Notes: a model not told the origin generated them from the letters alone. DNA of 64,000 nt from Flaccisagitta enflata (GCA_965153355.1 OZ231126.1:35898001-35962000), one strand, 5' to 3'. Shown: positions 17,002 to 30,846, numbered from the stretch's first letter. Numbers and translations are program-made.

Positions 17002-18419
17002 GGGTGGTTTTCTTTTCCGTTTCTTTGCTCGGATAGAAGGTCAAGACGCAGATAAAATGGAATGAAAAAAGAAAAAAGAAAAAGAAAACAGAGGAACAGA
17101 AAGGACACACACGAACAAAAAAAAAAAAGAAAGTTCTTGGAAGGTCAATCAGGAGAACTTATCTTACCGCCTAAGGGACATTAAATGAAAGCGGTTTTTC
17201 TGTTTCTTCCATAAAAAGGTGAGACCGGGAGACGAGGGCCGAGAGGCTCATTTTCTTTCCTTTTTCCCCGGCAAACGACTTTTCGACCAACACCACCAAA
17301 ACGAGCGCGGGGGCTAATTTCGTCATTCTACGTGACACGGACCAAGGGCTCTTCTTCCTTCCTTTCTCTCTTTCTCTCTTCTTTTTTTTGTTCTCTATCA
17401 CGACTATTTAATCTCTCTAACGTTTCCTTCACTAACTCGCTAAGAGCTCTAGAGTAGAATCATTTTATATCCTTGTTGACAATCTAGGCTTTTCTAAGCT
17501 CATTGACGCCTTCCTCGCCTTTACACTACCACCAGGATCATAAGTTTGTCACCATATCACTTTGATGATAGTTTTACTGAAATAATTTTGATCAATAAAT
17601 AAACAATAGAGTTTTGAAATGATAATAAAGATTCAATCTTTTTGACTCTACCATTTATCTTCAAGCCTAATATTTTGAGATCAAAAAATGATGGGTCCCA
17701 AGATGGTGACTAACTTTTGATCAAGATAATAATAGACTCCTTCCTCCCTTTTCACCCACGGTCCCACCTCTTTACGCACCCAATCATTCCTACCCCCTCC
17801 CCCACCTCCACAGACACTCATTTTCACCCTCTTTCCAATACTCACTCTCTCCTCCACCATCCTCCACACTTAACTTGTTCATTCCAGTTCTTTTTTTACC
17901 ACACTGCGAGTGAATGGTATGTTCAAACATTCTTTTTATCTCCTTTCATGTGCAAACTGCAAACTTAAATCAGGCTGGATAGCTTTTTTTCTTTTTTTTT
18001 AACGTACGTGATTCTGAGTCAACATCGGAGATATTCAACAAAGTGCCGCCTTCATTGACTAAGATAATTCAATTTTATGCCAGTGTCCTTGGTGACAGAA
18101 CCAGAACCTTTCAAAGTCGGCTTTGATGTTCGTTTGATGGGAGGAGGGAGGATTTAGAACCACAAAGATAGATTAAGACAAATATAATGGAGAGTAGCAT
18201 AGCCAGTGATTCTCCTTATTGCGACTTAACGATAACGACAAAGACTCCAAAATATATAGCAACCGACATCCTTTCTATTAGTTTATATTCCAAATATCCG
18301 TTCTTCATGTTTATTTTTCTTCCCAATATGAACTCCCCCATATTTCCAATTCTAAAAGACATCTACTGTACATAGTAGATGATGAAATGAGTGAATGGGC
18401 AAAAAATAACACAATAGGC

Positions 18420-21400
18420 TGTCCATTAAGCTGTAGTGTAATGAGTAATTCACAGCACATTGATCTCATGGCCCATTTTTATGACGGTTATGGGTCTTAG
18501 GAATGGGTAGAAACTCTTTTTTCATTACTAGGGGTAGTTTTAGGTACTCGCGATTTGACCGTAATATGCAAATGAGATTTTGCTGATTTTGCCTTTATTT
18601 CATTATTAGCGTATGTTTCGAAAGACAAAGAGAATTCAAAAATTCTTCAAAAAGGTGTTTTTTTGGGGGGGGGAAAGCATACATCACACAAGAATGAAAT
18701 AGAAAACTTTATGATGTCTCAGGGAGTAGGAGAGGGAGGAGGAGGATAGTGAGGAGGAGGAGGAGGAGGAGGAGGAAGAGGCGGCAGAAGTGGCGGCACA
18801 TTGAAATCGCTCTCTTTGGGCGATTTTCTTACAGATAAAAACAAGTTTTGCAAGCTCTAGGCTTTTATGTGCTTCCCTCTACTTCATTGACAGGTAATGT
18901 CTGTCTTTTGGTTGGTTGATTAGTTGGTTGGTTAGTTGGTCAGTTGGTTAGTCTGTTGGTTGGTCAGTCAATTCATCGTTGATTCATGCAAATGTTTAAA
19001 TTGCACAAAATGGTCATTTCCGGCGTTATTCTTGTACATGTTACCTATCGTCTTGCCCTCCCGTAGAACACAGAGGGACATTTTTATTCGTCCATGCGTC
19101 TGTCCGTTCGTTCATCCCCCCTCATCTTGACTTTTCAGGCCCAAAATCAGGCCTTTCAAACCTCAAATCAGGTCACTCAGGCTACAAATTGGGCCTCTCG
19201 AGTCTCAAATCAGACCTCTCAGGCGTCAAATCAGCCCTCAGACATCAATCTGCTCTTTCAGGCCTGAAATTTGCCCTCACAGGCCCTGAATCAGCCCTTT
19301 TGGGCAGCGGCCCCGAAGGGGTCGATGACCTATGCTTTCACACATATGGGGAATTTTCTCCTTCTCCTTCTCCTTCTCCTTCTTCTTCTTCTTCTCCGTC
19401 CCCCCCCTCAAATTACAGTCTCAAGGTCCAAATCCTAGTCTCAAGGCCTAAATCCTAGCCTAAAGGCCCAGATCCTAGCCTGGAGGCCCAGATCCCAGCC
19501 TTGAGGCCCAAATCTCAGCCTTGAAGTCCAAATCTCAGCCAAGAGGCCAGATCACAGGAGGAGGAGAAGGAGAAGGAGAAAATTCCCCATATGTGTGAAA
19601 GCATAGGTCATCGACCCCGTCGGGGCCGCTGCCCTGCTCCCCCTTCAACTTTAAGCACATCCTACTCAGGCAGGGCACGGGTACCGCTGACCATCTGACG
19701 CTTTTGCGACTATTAGACTTCAAATTAGACCTCTCCAGTCTCTTATAAGCCCTCTCAGGCCTCTAATTATCCCTCTTGCTCCACCCACTCGGGCTTCAAA
19801 TCATGGAAGGACAGACGGACTGGCAGACAAATGAACGAACAAACGAAAGTTCCCCTGTGTTCTGCGGGACTTTGTCCCCTTTGGGGCCGCTGCCCTGCTT
19901 CCCCCCTCAACAACTGGACAATTGAAGGTCCCCTTGAACTCAACGGGGCTTTAGCCACTGCCCTGAGTTGGCAAACAATTTAATTGCTGATGGCTACCCC
20001 ACCCAGAAAAATCATAACGGTCAACTGCTTTCAGATCCTATCTTTTTAGGCCAAAATATTGTTTTATCAATCAAAGTCCTTGCTTTAAAGCTTTAAATTT
20101 GCCCTCTATGGCCTGAAAATCGTCTCAAGGATCCCCATAAGACTGTTCAACCTTGAATCAGGCCCCACAGGCATCAAATTACTCTGATTTAAAACCAGTT
20201 AAAGAGGTGCTTTGGTGCACCTAAAAAGCTTAATTACTTAAAACTGTCCTGTACAGTAGGGACTGACGGATTTACCAATGTCTGGAGACAAAAAGTTAAA
20301 AATGCCTGTAAACGACATAAAAATTGACACAGGGTAAAAAAATAGTATAGGATGGGTGGGCTGGGGAGTACAACCCCTATTCACAATCTCGCCCACCCCA
20401 CTCACAAAGACGGACCCAACTGCAGCTTCATAAATGCGCATTTTCGCACTTTTAACATAAGAGTGGCCCGCAGACCAACAGGCTGATTGACGGACCGACA
20501 GATGGACTGATGGACGGACGGAGAGGCGGACTGATGGATGGAATGACGGGCGGACTGATGGATGGACCGACGGGTGGGCTGGACTGTCCAGTCCTTAAAG
20601 AGGTAATTGTCCGCAACTAAAAACAGATTCTCTTTGTGTGATTTTTAGTCGCGTGCACGCAACTCTTTACCCCACTTTGTCTGTCCGTCCTTCCCTGCGT
20701 CTGTCTGTCGGTCTTTCACACTTTTCCTTTTATAATCTTTTTTTTTTCTCTAAGTCATTTTCGGTCATTTAAGGGTACACTACGTCATTCTAAGTCATTC
20801 TAAATGTGTCTCGCAAGCGACTTTTGGGATTTGACCTTGTTAGTCAAGAAGCCTCTCAAGTCTTCTACACAGCCGATTTTGCTAGAAAATTCAATACTTC
20901 TAGTCACGTGCACGCGGGTATAATCCTTCATGTCTTCCCGTTTAGTAGACTGTTGGTCCATTTTCTGCATCACTGCCCCTGCACAAATGCTTGGTAACTT
21001 TATTTATCACTACCATTGCCAACCTACACCCGACTTGGGAAGTCCTGTCTCTGCCCTTGTTTAACTAGGAAGCAGTTTTTCACTTTTTCCTCATTTCTCC
21101 TGCCGCCTCCTCCTCCTCCCCCCCCCTTTGACCACATTTTCAACCACTGACAGCTTCCATCGATCTCCTTCAAGCCTTTTGCCCCTCTCCACATCATTCT
21201 GAAGAGCGCAAAAACAATTTTTAAACAATTGATGGGCCTATTTCAATACCGAGAAGTGAAAAATCGCGAAAATCAGCAGGAATCTCATTTGCTTATTGTG
21301 GTCAAATCGCGAGTACCAAAATGTTATCCCACCACCAAAAAACGAGTTACTGTCCATACGCACGGGACTAAAAGTGACAACCAATAGAGGGAAAGGAGAA

Positions 21401-21445
21401 ACACATAACTAGTAGTGAATTAATACCTAGCTGTCTCGCTTAAGG
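18420..21445. mobile_element. Old TIR element with diverged arms and nested HINEs
   Basis: GGTACTCGCGATTTGACC...AAATGAGATT...GCTGATTTT (18543-18590) is inverted at 21269-21317. Outer ends are uncertain. Confidence 0.5.
19298..19713 (+). mobile_element. HINE-like family with ~60-bp inverted repeats, internal ~21-bp repeats and a 3' tail
   Basis: GGGCAGCGGCCCCGAAGGGGTCGATGACCTATGCTTTCAC, its inverted copy, and the tail ...GGGTACCGCTGACCATCT..CTTTTGCGACTATT. Other copies: 12217-12731 and 5787-5980. Confidence 0.7.
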
Positions 21446-21961
21446 AGAACTTACGTACCGAATAAGTGATCGACCTGCACAGTGCCCTATACGATCCCAT
21501 GTACGCGACTAAAATCCAATGCATCATGTGATGGCAGCCGGTGGCTATTCTCAGGTTGTTTTCGCCGGTGGATAAGAAAAAAAATCTATGGCTCGTTAAC
21601 TGAGGTTGGTGAGTTGGTGCGAGCCAGACGGCTTAATCACATTCAACCTGCTCCCCAGAGATCAGGGGAAAAAACAACTGACGCCAGTCGCAAAGAGTGT
21701 GTCTGAACCTTCATGTCAAAACCAGTTTTTTTGTGTCCGTCGGTTGGCCAGAGCGTTGGCGGTCAGTTTTCATCCGTCCAATTTTCCATACAGTCCGTTA
21801 TTGAGCGATCATAGTTTTTAAATTGGTTCAGCGCGTTCTGCGAGGGTGATTAGGCGAACTGGAAACATGATCAAAATTGAGAGCAAAAATGGATCGGGAA
21901 GGTTGAAATTTGACACAGTGATAGCTCATATGTAGTACTGTTCACAAACCGAGGCCAAATA

Positions 21962-22010
21962 CAGTATGTTTTTTTTCGTTTGTAATATTCTATGACGACG
22001 TAACTCTTAA
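21962..22010 (+). repeat. Left TIR of the giant element
   Basis: 49-bp inverted match to 50861-50910, preceded by TA. Confidence 0.85.
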
Positions 22011-22293
22011 AGTAGGGATGCTATCGGTCAGCCGAGGAGCGTGGGACAACTTGCTCAATAGATTGTTAAAGCCTGAAATGGCCCAAAATCGTGGGGCTTC
22101 GTTGGAAGTTGTTATCATATACATTCTATAAAAAATCACTTGTCTGGGGTTTTTGGCACACCGTAGTTCACTCCCCGGGCCCTAAGTAATAAATTTGATG
22201 TTTATAATGAGTTAGTAAGGGATTACTTCGTTTTTCGCAAGCCATTACCGCATTACTACCAAGGTTCTCTCATCGCGTTGCAAAAACGAAAAA

Positions 22294-22387
22294 GCTATTG
22301 TGATTGGTTAGCAGAATCAGGATCTAGCTGTTGTGATTGGCTGACGCGGTAACTGCCAGAGATCTTTCGGTGAGGTGTAATTTTGAA
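22294..22387 (+). promoter_or_regulatory. Candidate promoter: two reverse CCAAT boxes 33 bp apart plus TTTGAA
   Basis: GCT(A/G)TTGTGATTGG occurs twice (GATTGG at 22302 and 22335), with TTTGAA at 22382. It lies ~340 bp inside the left TIR, upstream of the transposase exons. Confidence 0.35.
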
Positions 22388-22544
22388 TTCTCACGGTCAG
22401 AGTTCTGCAGAGCTGATCTTTTGTTTCGAAAAAACTTGCGACAGATCGAGCCAGGAACTCCAGTCAAATTCAGAGACAACGGAGAAGGCGACTCGACAAT
22501 CAACCACTATCAGACTTGGTGAAAACGTGGTCCTGAAACTAAAT

Positions 22545-22709
22545 TTCAATCATCACATGTTGAAGGACATTGCCCGCCTGAAAGCTCGTCGATGAGGCAA
22601 AGACCCAACGATGGAAATCAAACATTTCTTTCAACGCTTATCCATTACCTCGCAACGTGGAAATGCCGCCCTGCTACTTGATCGGGACATAGAGCCCATA
22701 TCTCAATGA
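22545..22709 (+). mobile_element. 3' fragment of a CRE-like restriction-endonuclease-type non-LTR retrotransposon
   Basis: The translation MLKDIARLKARR*GKDPTMEIKHFFQRLSITSQRGNAALLLDRD* matches the FQRLSxxLQRGNAA C-terminus typical of CRE-clade ORFs. Confidence 0.7.
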
Positions 22710-23529
22710 ATCGTTTTTAAGCCTTTCCTACGAATAATTCTTCTCCTCTTTGTTGTCTTTATTCTAAAGAAAAACATTGATACAACTGCTCATATTGTTA
22801 TCACTGCATAGTAATTGTTGTTGTTTTTAATCGCGGACACGCGACTCTATAAGCCACATTTCAGTTGGTCGGTTGGTCCGTAACAAAGTGGTTTTTTGAG
22901 GTTTTCCGCTCCTGCCCACCCATCCGCGACTAATGCTGCCGTGTATACGGCCTTGTTCTCCTCTCTCTACAGAAAAAATCATCACATTCCCACTGGAGAA
23001 GAAACATAGGTTCGAAGATATAAATATTTTGTTTAGAGATTCTTCATGATTTTTAGCGCAGAGAGACAGCCCTAGTTATTGATCAGGATGTCAAAGGCGC
23101 CGCATCGCATCGCATCGCATCGCATCGCATCGCTTTGACAGGGGATCGCAATGTTCTTAAATCGTTGTTGTGGGCGATTAAGACTCATTACAAATGTTTC
23201 ATTACCATCCTTCCGAGTTCCGACCATGGACACTCATTCACGCTTAATGTTTCGCCGTGGATTAGTTGTGTCTATCCGTCTGTCTGTCAGCTTGAGTCGA
23301 AAAGAATAAAAACAAGCATTTTAGATTCCTTTGGTGTGTTTGGGGAGTAGAGTGTGGAAGGGGGTTGGATGCCCCTGCCCACCTGTCTGCGATGATTTTG
23401 AAACCCGGCGTTACTAGTTTATTCACGACTCATTTATTAGCGAATTCCTGCAAATGAGATAGCGGTCTATGTTTACAAGAGGACTGATTTTTTTATGATT
23501 GCTGACATCTCTCCGCTTAGGATTCTAGT

Positions 23530-23890
23530 ATGGGGTAGGGGTTAAGTTAGGGGTAGGGGTTGAATAAAGGGTAAGGGATGAGTTAGGGGTAGGGGTTGAG
23601 TTAGGGATAGGGGTTAATTTAGGGGTTGAGTCAGGGGTAGGGGTTGATTGAAGGGTTCAGTCAAGGTTACGGGTTGAGTTAATTAGGTTCAGTTAGGGGA
23701 AGGAGTTTGGTCAGGGGAGGGGGTTTGGTCAGGGGTAAGGGTTGAGTTAGTGGTAAGGGTTGAGTTAGGGGTAAGATTTGAGTTAGGGGTAAGATTTGAG
23801 TTAGGGGTAGGGGTTGACTTAGGGGTAAGGGTGAGTAAGGGAGGGGTAGGGGTGAGTCAGGGGTAGGGGTGAGTTAGGGGTAAGGGAAGA
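23530..23890 (+). repeat. G-rich, telomere-like ~18-bp degenerate tandem repeat (GGGTTGAGTTAGGGGTAG)
   Basis: Read directly from the sequence; a more degenerate tract lies at ~25470-25620. Confidence 0.85.
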
Positions 23891-24984
23891 TTGAGTGGTG
23901 TCAAACACATAATAGGAGGAAATAATTGCCAATACAAGTGAGGTTCTCTTGTAAACATTTACCGAGATAGCAACAAATAGATGGGTATAGGTGCATTTGT
24001 GGACGTTTGTCAAAAAATCCATTACAGATGCTTGAAAAAAGTGGAATATCAAAGTGAACCTTTTTCATCATTCCAAAAGATTTCTTGTCAAGCTCAGTAT
24101 ACTTAATTGAAATTTGGTATTTCATGAGATACTCTTCTTATTTTCCCTACAGATCTTCACTGCGGTTTCATGCCAATCGGTGTACAGAATTTTATTGGGA
24201 TATATTGCTGGTCAGCCCAAGCTCTGAAGAAAAGACTTGCAATTTTACTGAAAGGAGGAAACCCTAGAGTAAAAACAATGGACCTCCCGGATACGGTTTA
24301 ACAAGAAAAGTAAACCAACGCATTCAAATCCGCGTACCTACAATGATTGAAAGAAGAAAAACTAAACCAAAGTGTAGCAGTGCCACGAAAAGGAAAATTG
24401 GAAAAAGACTTGAGATAAAGAACTGGCAAAACATTACGTCCCCGTCATTTGGACATAGTCTGCATAGGAACACTCACTCTCATTTCATCTCTAATTTGTC
24501 ATCTAAGCATCAAAACTTTTGGCGGTTGGGACAAAATCTGTCGTCTTTGTCGGGAAAGAAGATATGTAAGAAGTGAGGAGATGGAACTGTGCAAACCCAT
24601 AACTGTGCAAACCCAGGTAAAAGAGTACTTGTAGAGAATCTGTTTTTTGAATCATGGACATGCACATTAACACAGTTGCTTTGTTGATTGGTCCATATGC
24701 ATATGGTTGGTTCTTCCGTATCACTTATGAAGTTACCGCGTTTTTAGACTTTTCAGATCAGTAAATGCTTGGGGTGCATGTTTTAAGAGGATTTTATATT
24801 TCTGCCCACGCCCAACTGTCCATGACTGTCATTTTATATTGAGTTTGTAGTTTTACATGCTTTGTAAATCGTCAAGAGGAGCTACAGTTCGGTCTAGGAA
24901 TGAGGTCAGTGATAGGGCTGTGACAGGGTAGAGGTTGAAGTTAAGAAAAATTAGTTGATCGGAACAAGATGGCCAAACTACATA

Positions 24985-25405
24985 CACGCTTTTCTTTTTA
25001 TAAGAACACTGTTTATAAGAACATCAGCCTCAGATTTGGCCAAAAAATAAGAACATCTTAAAAACATGTCGAACCTTGAAATTGAAGATAAGAATAATTT
25101 TTTTTTCAAAAACTAGTAAAATTAGATAAAAAACCCTTTGATAGATATTTTCATAATGATTTTTAAAATAATAATTCATTATCCATCAAATAACAATCTT
25201 ACATTTCTCTTAATATGATAAAAATGTTTTTTTTTATAATTGCTAAAAGTATACCATTATAATAATACAAACATATAATCAAAAAGAAATTATCTCATTC
25301 AAAAATAAGAACATGTTAAGAACGCTTGAGCCTTAAAATAAGGCTAAAAGTAAGAACGCTTAGGCTCATTTCAAAAATCCATGTTCTTATAAAATGAAAA
25401 GCGTG
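24985..25405. mobile_element. TA-TSD MITE family CAC...TTTTATAAGAAC (other copies at 28814-29232 and 43829-44319)
   Basis: TA|CAC...ATAAGAAC and GTTCTTATAAAA...GTG|TA ends in three copies. Confidence 0.8.
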
Positions 25406-26096
25406 TATTTCAACTGTGTTCACTTTAAATAATGTGCACTTATGTCCGGTCACCAATTCTATGGGCTCAAGGCGTTTTGGTGTTGGGTTGCGTTTTGGGG
25501 TAAGGTTGCTTATAGGGATAGGGTTGCTTTTAGGGTAAGGGTAGGGATATGTTTGAGCCAAGAGGTAGGGTAGAGAGCAAAGGTAGAATGATGCATAGGG
25601 TATGAGTGTAGGGGTGGGTTTAAGTATTGTAGCATTAATTATTTAGGTAGCACAAACAGGAACAAATGATTAAACAACTGACGTCTTGTTCTCCATTGTG
25701 TTTACCATTTTATTTATGAAAGTTATCATCTTAGTATCATGCCCGCTAACCAAAAAGCTTTACCTTAATCCTTTCTCGTTTCACCCTTAGGTTCCTGTGC
25801 ACTTGACAGTCTTGGATCCAAACATGTTGCTTATTCATTTCAAACAGCACAATGAGGTAAGTGTAATAGTTTCACGTATGTTTACATTAATATTGACAAT
25901 ATATTTCTCTTCCGTAATAACAGACGGGGAGGGACTGACAATGACAATCGAAAATTGTTAAAGACGAGATTGTACTCGCACAGAAATGTAAAAAACAAGG
26001 CCAAGTAGGCCAATAAGGTGCGACGTGTGGATCGTCGAACGTATGCATCATTACAGACAAACAGACCGAAATTTGACCTCTAGATGCCACCCCCCT

Positions 26097-27254
26097 CTGG
26101 ATAGCCCCCCAAAGAAAAACCAAAAAACCCATTCTGGGGACCCCAAGAACTATCATCTAAGATGTCTTGGCTACACAGAACAACATCAGACTAAATCATT
26201 TGAAGGCAAAATTTTGGAAAAAGTCACTTTTTATACAAAAATCAAGCATTTTTTGCCAAATTTTGCACTTTCATGGTTCATACAGCTTCCAAAACTTTAG
26301 AAAATATTTAGAAAGTGTAAGATTAGCTAATGTGTAACTAGTTTTACCTTTTCAAGTTAGTTTGGATGGATATTTCAAAGATTAGAGCAAAAAAAATCAC
26401 TTAAAACCAGAAAATCAAATTTTTTTCAGCATTCTTTTGGCTAAAATCATTCAAGCTACATCAATAAGCCTGTAAACTATAAAAAATGTGTGGTAACAGT
26501 TGAAATTTATATGGTTTTACCATTTTAAGTAAGTTTGAAGAAATACTTAACTCTCAAAAGCTAAAAAAATGACTTTAAAAACAATAAATTTAAGTTTTTT
26601 TTAGTATTTTCATGCTGAAATGTTATCAATCCTTAAAAACTATTTCATGCAAGTAAAGTATATATATTATATACAGAAAGTACATAAACATATATCTCAC
26701 TATTACATATATTCTTATATATATGTCAATATTCTATATTTTTGATTATATTTGAAATCAGATTAAATCTTCAAAATATTGAAAAAATCTTATTTCATTA
26801 GTTTTTTTTTGGCTTTTGAGAGTTAAATATTTCTTCAAACTAACTTAAAATGGTAAAACCATATGTATTTCAACTGTTCCCACACACTTTTTATAGTTTA
26901 CAGGCTTACTGATATAGCTTGAATGATTTCTGGCAAAAAAATGCTGAAAAAAGTTCCATTTTTTGGTTTAAAATGATTTTTTTTTGCTCTAATCTTTGAA
27001 ACATCCATCTAAACTAACTTGAAAAGGTAAAACCAGTTACACATTAGCCATCTTACACTTTTTAGATATTTTCTACAGTTTTGAAAGCAGTATGAACCGT
27101 GAAAGTGCCAAATATAGCAAAAAATGCTTGATTTTTGCATAAAAAGTGACTTTTTCCCAAATTTTGCCTTCAAATGATTTATTCTGATATTGTTTTGTGT
27201 GAGCAAGACATTCTATGATAGTTCTTTAATGGCTGGTTTTTAAGGGCTATCAGG
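26097..27254. mobile_element. Foldback element with ~500-bp arms, apparently inside a HINE (~25995-27520)
   Basis: AAATCATTTGAAGGCAAAATT...AAAGTCACTTTT (~26194) is inverted at 27140-27180, and symmetry continues inward. Confidence 0.75.
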
Positions 27255-27321
27255 AAGATGCGTCTTTTCATTCCTGCGACAGAGCTTTTTATCGCGCATA
27301 GGTAAGACAATAAGACACGAT

Positions 27322-27394
<73 letters not shown>

Positions 27395-30043
27395 TGAGTG
27401 AATCTTGCTTGATCTTGCCCGATTTAACTTGATTTTAAGTAAAAAAAAAACCGCCTCAGACAAACGGACGAACCAACAGCCGGACAAGGCATCTTATAGA
27501 GATGCGAGGACGTATTTAAAAAGTAACAAGGCCAACACCTATAAGTCGCGTGCGAGACTTACATTTAGAATAACTTAGACTTAGAATGACTTAGAATGAC
27601 TTAGTATACTCTTATATGACCTAAAATGACCTAAAGAAATAAAATTGATAAAAAAAGTAAAGTGTGACTAAACAACCGACCGACGGACGGACGGACGGAC
27701 AAAGCGGAGTGTAGAGTCGCGTGCACACGACTAAAAAGAATTCACTGAAGGGACTAAGAATTTGTTTGTGATAGGGAAATTTTAGTAAAAGCGTGATTGT
27801 TGTAATGTGATTCCACTGCGCTACTCATTCCAGCTACAGCAGAATGATCATCAATGTGATCAAAACAAGCCCAATTGGGCATCTAGATCTAAACAGACCA
27901 ACCAATAGTTCCTTAAAAGCAATGACAAATCTAGCTAGGCCGGATACACAGCAAGACAATCTCGGATGATTGGGCGGGATCTGTAAAGCAAAAACCGCTT
28001 GTAAATCAAATATATTTCAGACAGACAAACCAACCGACATGGCAAGGTGTAGTCTCATGTCGGCAACTAAAAATTTTAAAATTGTGTCACAAGCATTATT
28101 AGCAGACCAACAGATAGATTCATGGATGCATACAATGTGGATGAAATTGCTTAATTCTATTTTCTCATTTATTTCCAGTGTGGTGCGATGGGCGCGAAGT
28201 TTAAATCGATGAAAGCACGGTTTACGCTCCTAAAGAATTAAACAAGAAAATCCAAAAGAATAGCAAGACATTTTATGCTGACTGAAACAATGAATTAAGA
28301 TCAAGTGCAGACTTTTGTAATGTTTATTTATTGCAATAAATAACTTATGCAAGAGAAATACTTATTAGTCACGGAACTGAATAATGTAGCTGCGCTCCGG
28401 TGTTCTTCCAGAGGAGTCAACGTCTGCAGTAACCTTCCAGTCAAGATTTGAATTACCAGTTAACAAGATAGTTGTATAAATTATGTATTGAATGCAATTA
28501 TCCAATCATGATGCACAAACTTTTGAGAGACATAAGCCTGAGATTTACCAGAACTTAGAGAATGTTGTCTCTTCTTTTTAATCATAGTAAGAAGGTTGTC
28601 TCTTCTTTTTAGTTGCGGACACGCAACTCTATAAGAGGCTTTATCCATCTGTCCATTGGTCCGTCGGTCCGTTGGTCAGGGCTCGTGGAGTTGAAAAGTG
28701 GGAAAACGAGCTTTTCAGATTGGGGATAGGGTGTGTATGGGGGTTGGATGCCCCTGCCCACCCATCCGCAATGATATTGTGACCCCGCGTCTCTTGTTTA
28801 TCATAGTGAGATACACTTTTTTTAGAAGAACCTAGTTTATAAGAACATCAAGGCTTCGAATGGCCCCAAAATTTGGAACTTCTTAAGAATATGCAAAAGC
28901 TTCAAATCTTTAGAAAAATTTTTTGCCGATGATATTTAAGAAACATTAAAAATAGACTTGAATTTTAGTATAATTAAGATATTTAATTTCAAAATAAATA
29001 TCATGAAAATATTATGAAAATATCCCCAAACTTTAATGATTGGCATTTGTTTTAACGGCATTAAATAAAAATATATTTAGTACAATTGAGTAATAATATA
29101 TTATAAGGTTTCTTGTAGTTTATACAGTATCTTAAATTCAGAATGTTTTAAGAACGTTAAAAGCTTTATTCGGCCTTGAAAATAAAAACATGAAGCCTTC
29201 AAAAAAAAAAAGACGTTCTTATAAAAAAAGTGTATACAAAATTTTACCTCAAAGCTGAAAAACGTACTACACCCAGGCCGAGTAAAACAGGGCTAACACC
29301 AATAAGTTGCGCATGAGATGTATATGGCCAAGTTGACCTGACTCCTTTGTCAGTCTGTTGGTCCGCCACACTTCACTTTTTCTTATACTTAAGATGACTA
29401 TAAAGTTATTTCAAGTCATATAAGGTTATACTAAGCCAGATTTATTCACTTAAACAATTAAATTGACCTAATTGACGACGCATTTAACAACTTTCTAAGA
29501 CATTTCAGGTCCTCATTAGTCATTTAAAGTCAGCTTAAGTTATCTATATCTTGCAACTTATAGATGTTGGCCCTGTTCATGTTAGCGACTGAGTCAAAAG
29601 TGCAGTGACTACAATGAAGGCGGCTGATTACCGTAGGAAAAAAGTCGTAAATGCTGTGAGAGAGAGAGAGCATTTAGAACATTTATTGTCCATAGACCAT
29701 AGGACAATAAACACAATCATACAATGAGAGGCCATTTGTTCATCATCAAAAACCATGAGCAAGCAGGGTAAAACGCGAGTGACTTGAAAGTGACTTGAAA
29801 GTCATTAGAGTTAGGCAATGTGCGTAACATGATGAATTTTCCTTTTTGTCACATAGGGCCCAAAATAAGGATGAATGAATAATGTAGATCTATGGGAAAG
29901 ATAAAAAAAAAGATAAAAAACATTTAAAAATCATAGCTCAAAAATTATTGATTGTGATGAATTCTGCTATGCGCCATCTGAAAGAAAAGAATTAGCTTTT
30001 TTTTAACTATCAATTTCATAGGTAGTCCCATGGGTACCCCAAA

Positions 30044-30661
30044 CACTGCCCTCTCATAGCAAGATCAGGTGAAAAGTAACATTACTGTAGGTTTTTTCAT
30101 TGTTTTGTATAGAATCTGAGCTCTATTTACTGGAACTAATGAAGATAAAATCTTGTCAAGAGCGCTTTTGGAGATTTTCATAAAAATTGGTGGTTTTAAG
30201 CCTTCTTTTTCCTGTAGATTCAACTGGGTATTTCAGAAATACTTTTTGTCAGCAAATTTGTATTCCTGGTGAAATTTCCATTCATTTGATAGGTCGCAAC
30301 ATATACTTTTACATAGAAATAAGATTTTCAGTTTTTAAGCCACCGTTGCAAAATTGTAACGGTGGCTTAAAAATGGGAAATTGCATTTTTGGATAAAATT
30401 ATATAGTGCGACCTATCAAATGAATGGAAATTTCACCAGGAATTCAAATATGCTGTCAAAAAAGATTTTCAAAATACCCAGTAGAATCTACATTGAAAAA
30501 AAGGGTACAAACCATCAATTTTTATGAAAATCTCAAAAAGCGCTCTTGACAAGATTTTATCTTTATTTGTTCCAGTAAATAGAGCTCAGATTCTATACAA
30601 AACAATGAAAAAACCTACAGTAATGTTGCTTTTCTCCGGACCTTGCTGTGAGAGGGTAGTG
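30044..30661. mobile_element. Palindromic MITE with CAC termini and 4-bp TSD CAAA (Chapaev/CMC-like)
   Basis: CACTGCCCTCTC...GAGAGGGTAGTG; almost fully palindromic about ~30352. Confidence 0.8.
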
Positions 30662-30846
30662 CAAAGCTTATTAACTTTCCTCATGAAAAAGGGATATCCA
30701 AAAACCTCTGCAGGACTCAAAAAGACCAAAGGAACTTTGACAATAGAACAGCCGTAATTGTTGACCATAGTCATGTCAGATGCTGCTATATTAGTTTTCT
30801 TTTTGACATTTCAGCTGCATAGCGGATATTGCAGTTGCTCCCACTG

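Larger units (their letters stand above)
24153..28220 (+). pseudogene. Candidate N-terminal exons of the transposase gene
   Basis: Phase-compatible canonical exons: 24153-24616 (ccctacag|AT...CAG|gtaaaa; 4 in-frame stops, no frameshift), 25791-25856 (cccttag|VPVHLTVLDPNMLLIHFKQHNE|gtaagt) and 28179-~28219 (tttccag|CGAMGAKFKSMKAR). A possible upstream exon ends at 22518 (G|gtgaaa, phase 1). Confidence 0.45.

Noticed and set aside
21500-21700. Short inverted similarity to 48520-48760 (GCCAGACG..TTAATC) as an alternative TIR
   Set aside because: Patchy and short, and the order of neighbouring features is not symmetric; the 21962/50910 pair is far better.
24153-24616. Alternative genetic code explaining the in-frame stops
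   Set aside because: TAA, TGA and TAG all occur across the relic exons, along with frameshifts elsewhere; ordinary decay is simpler.
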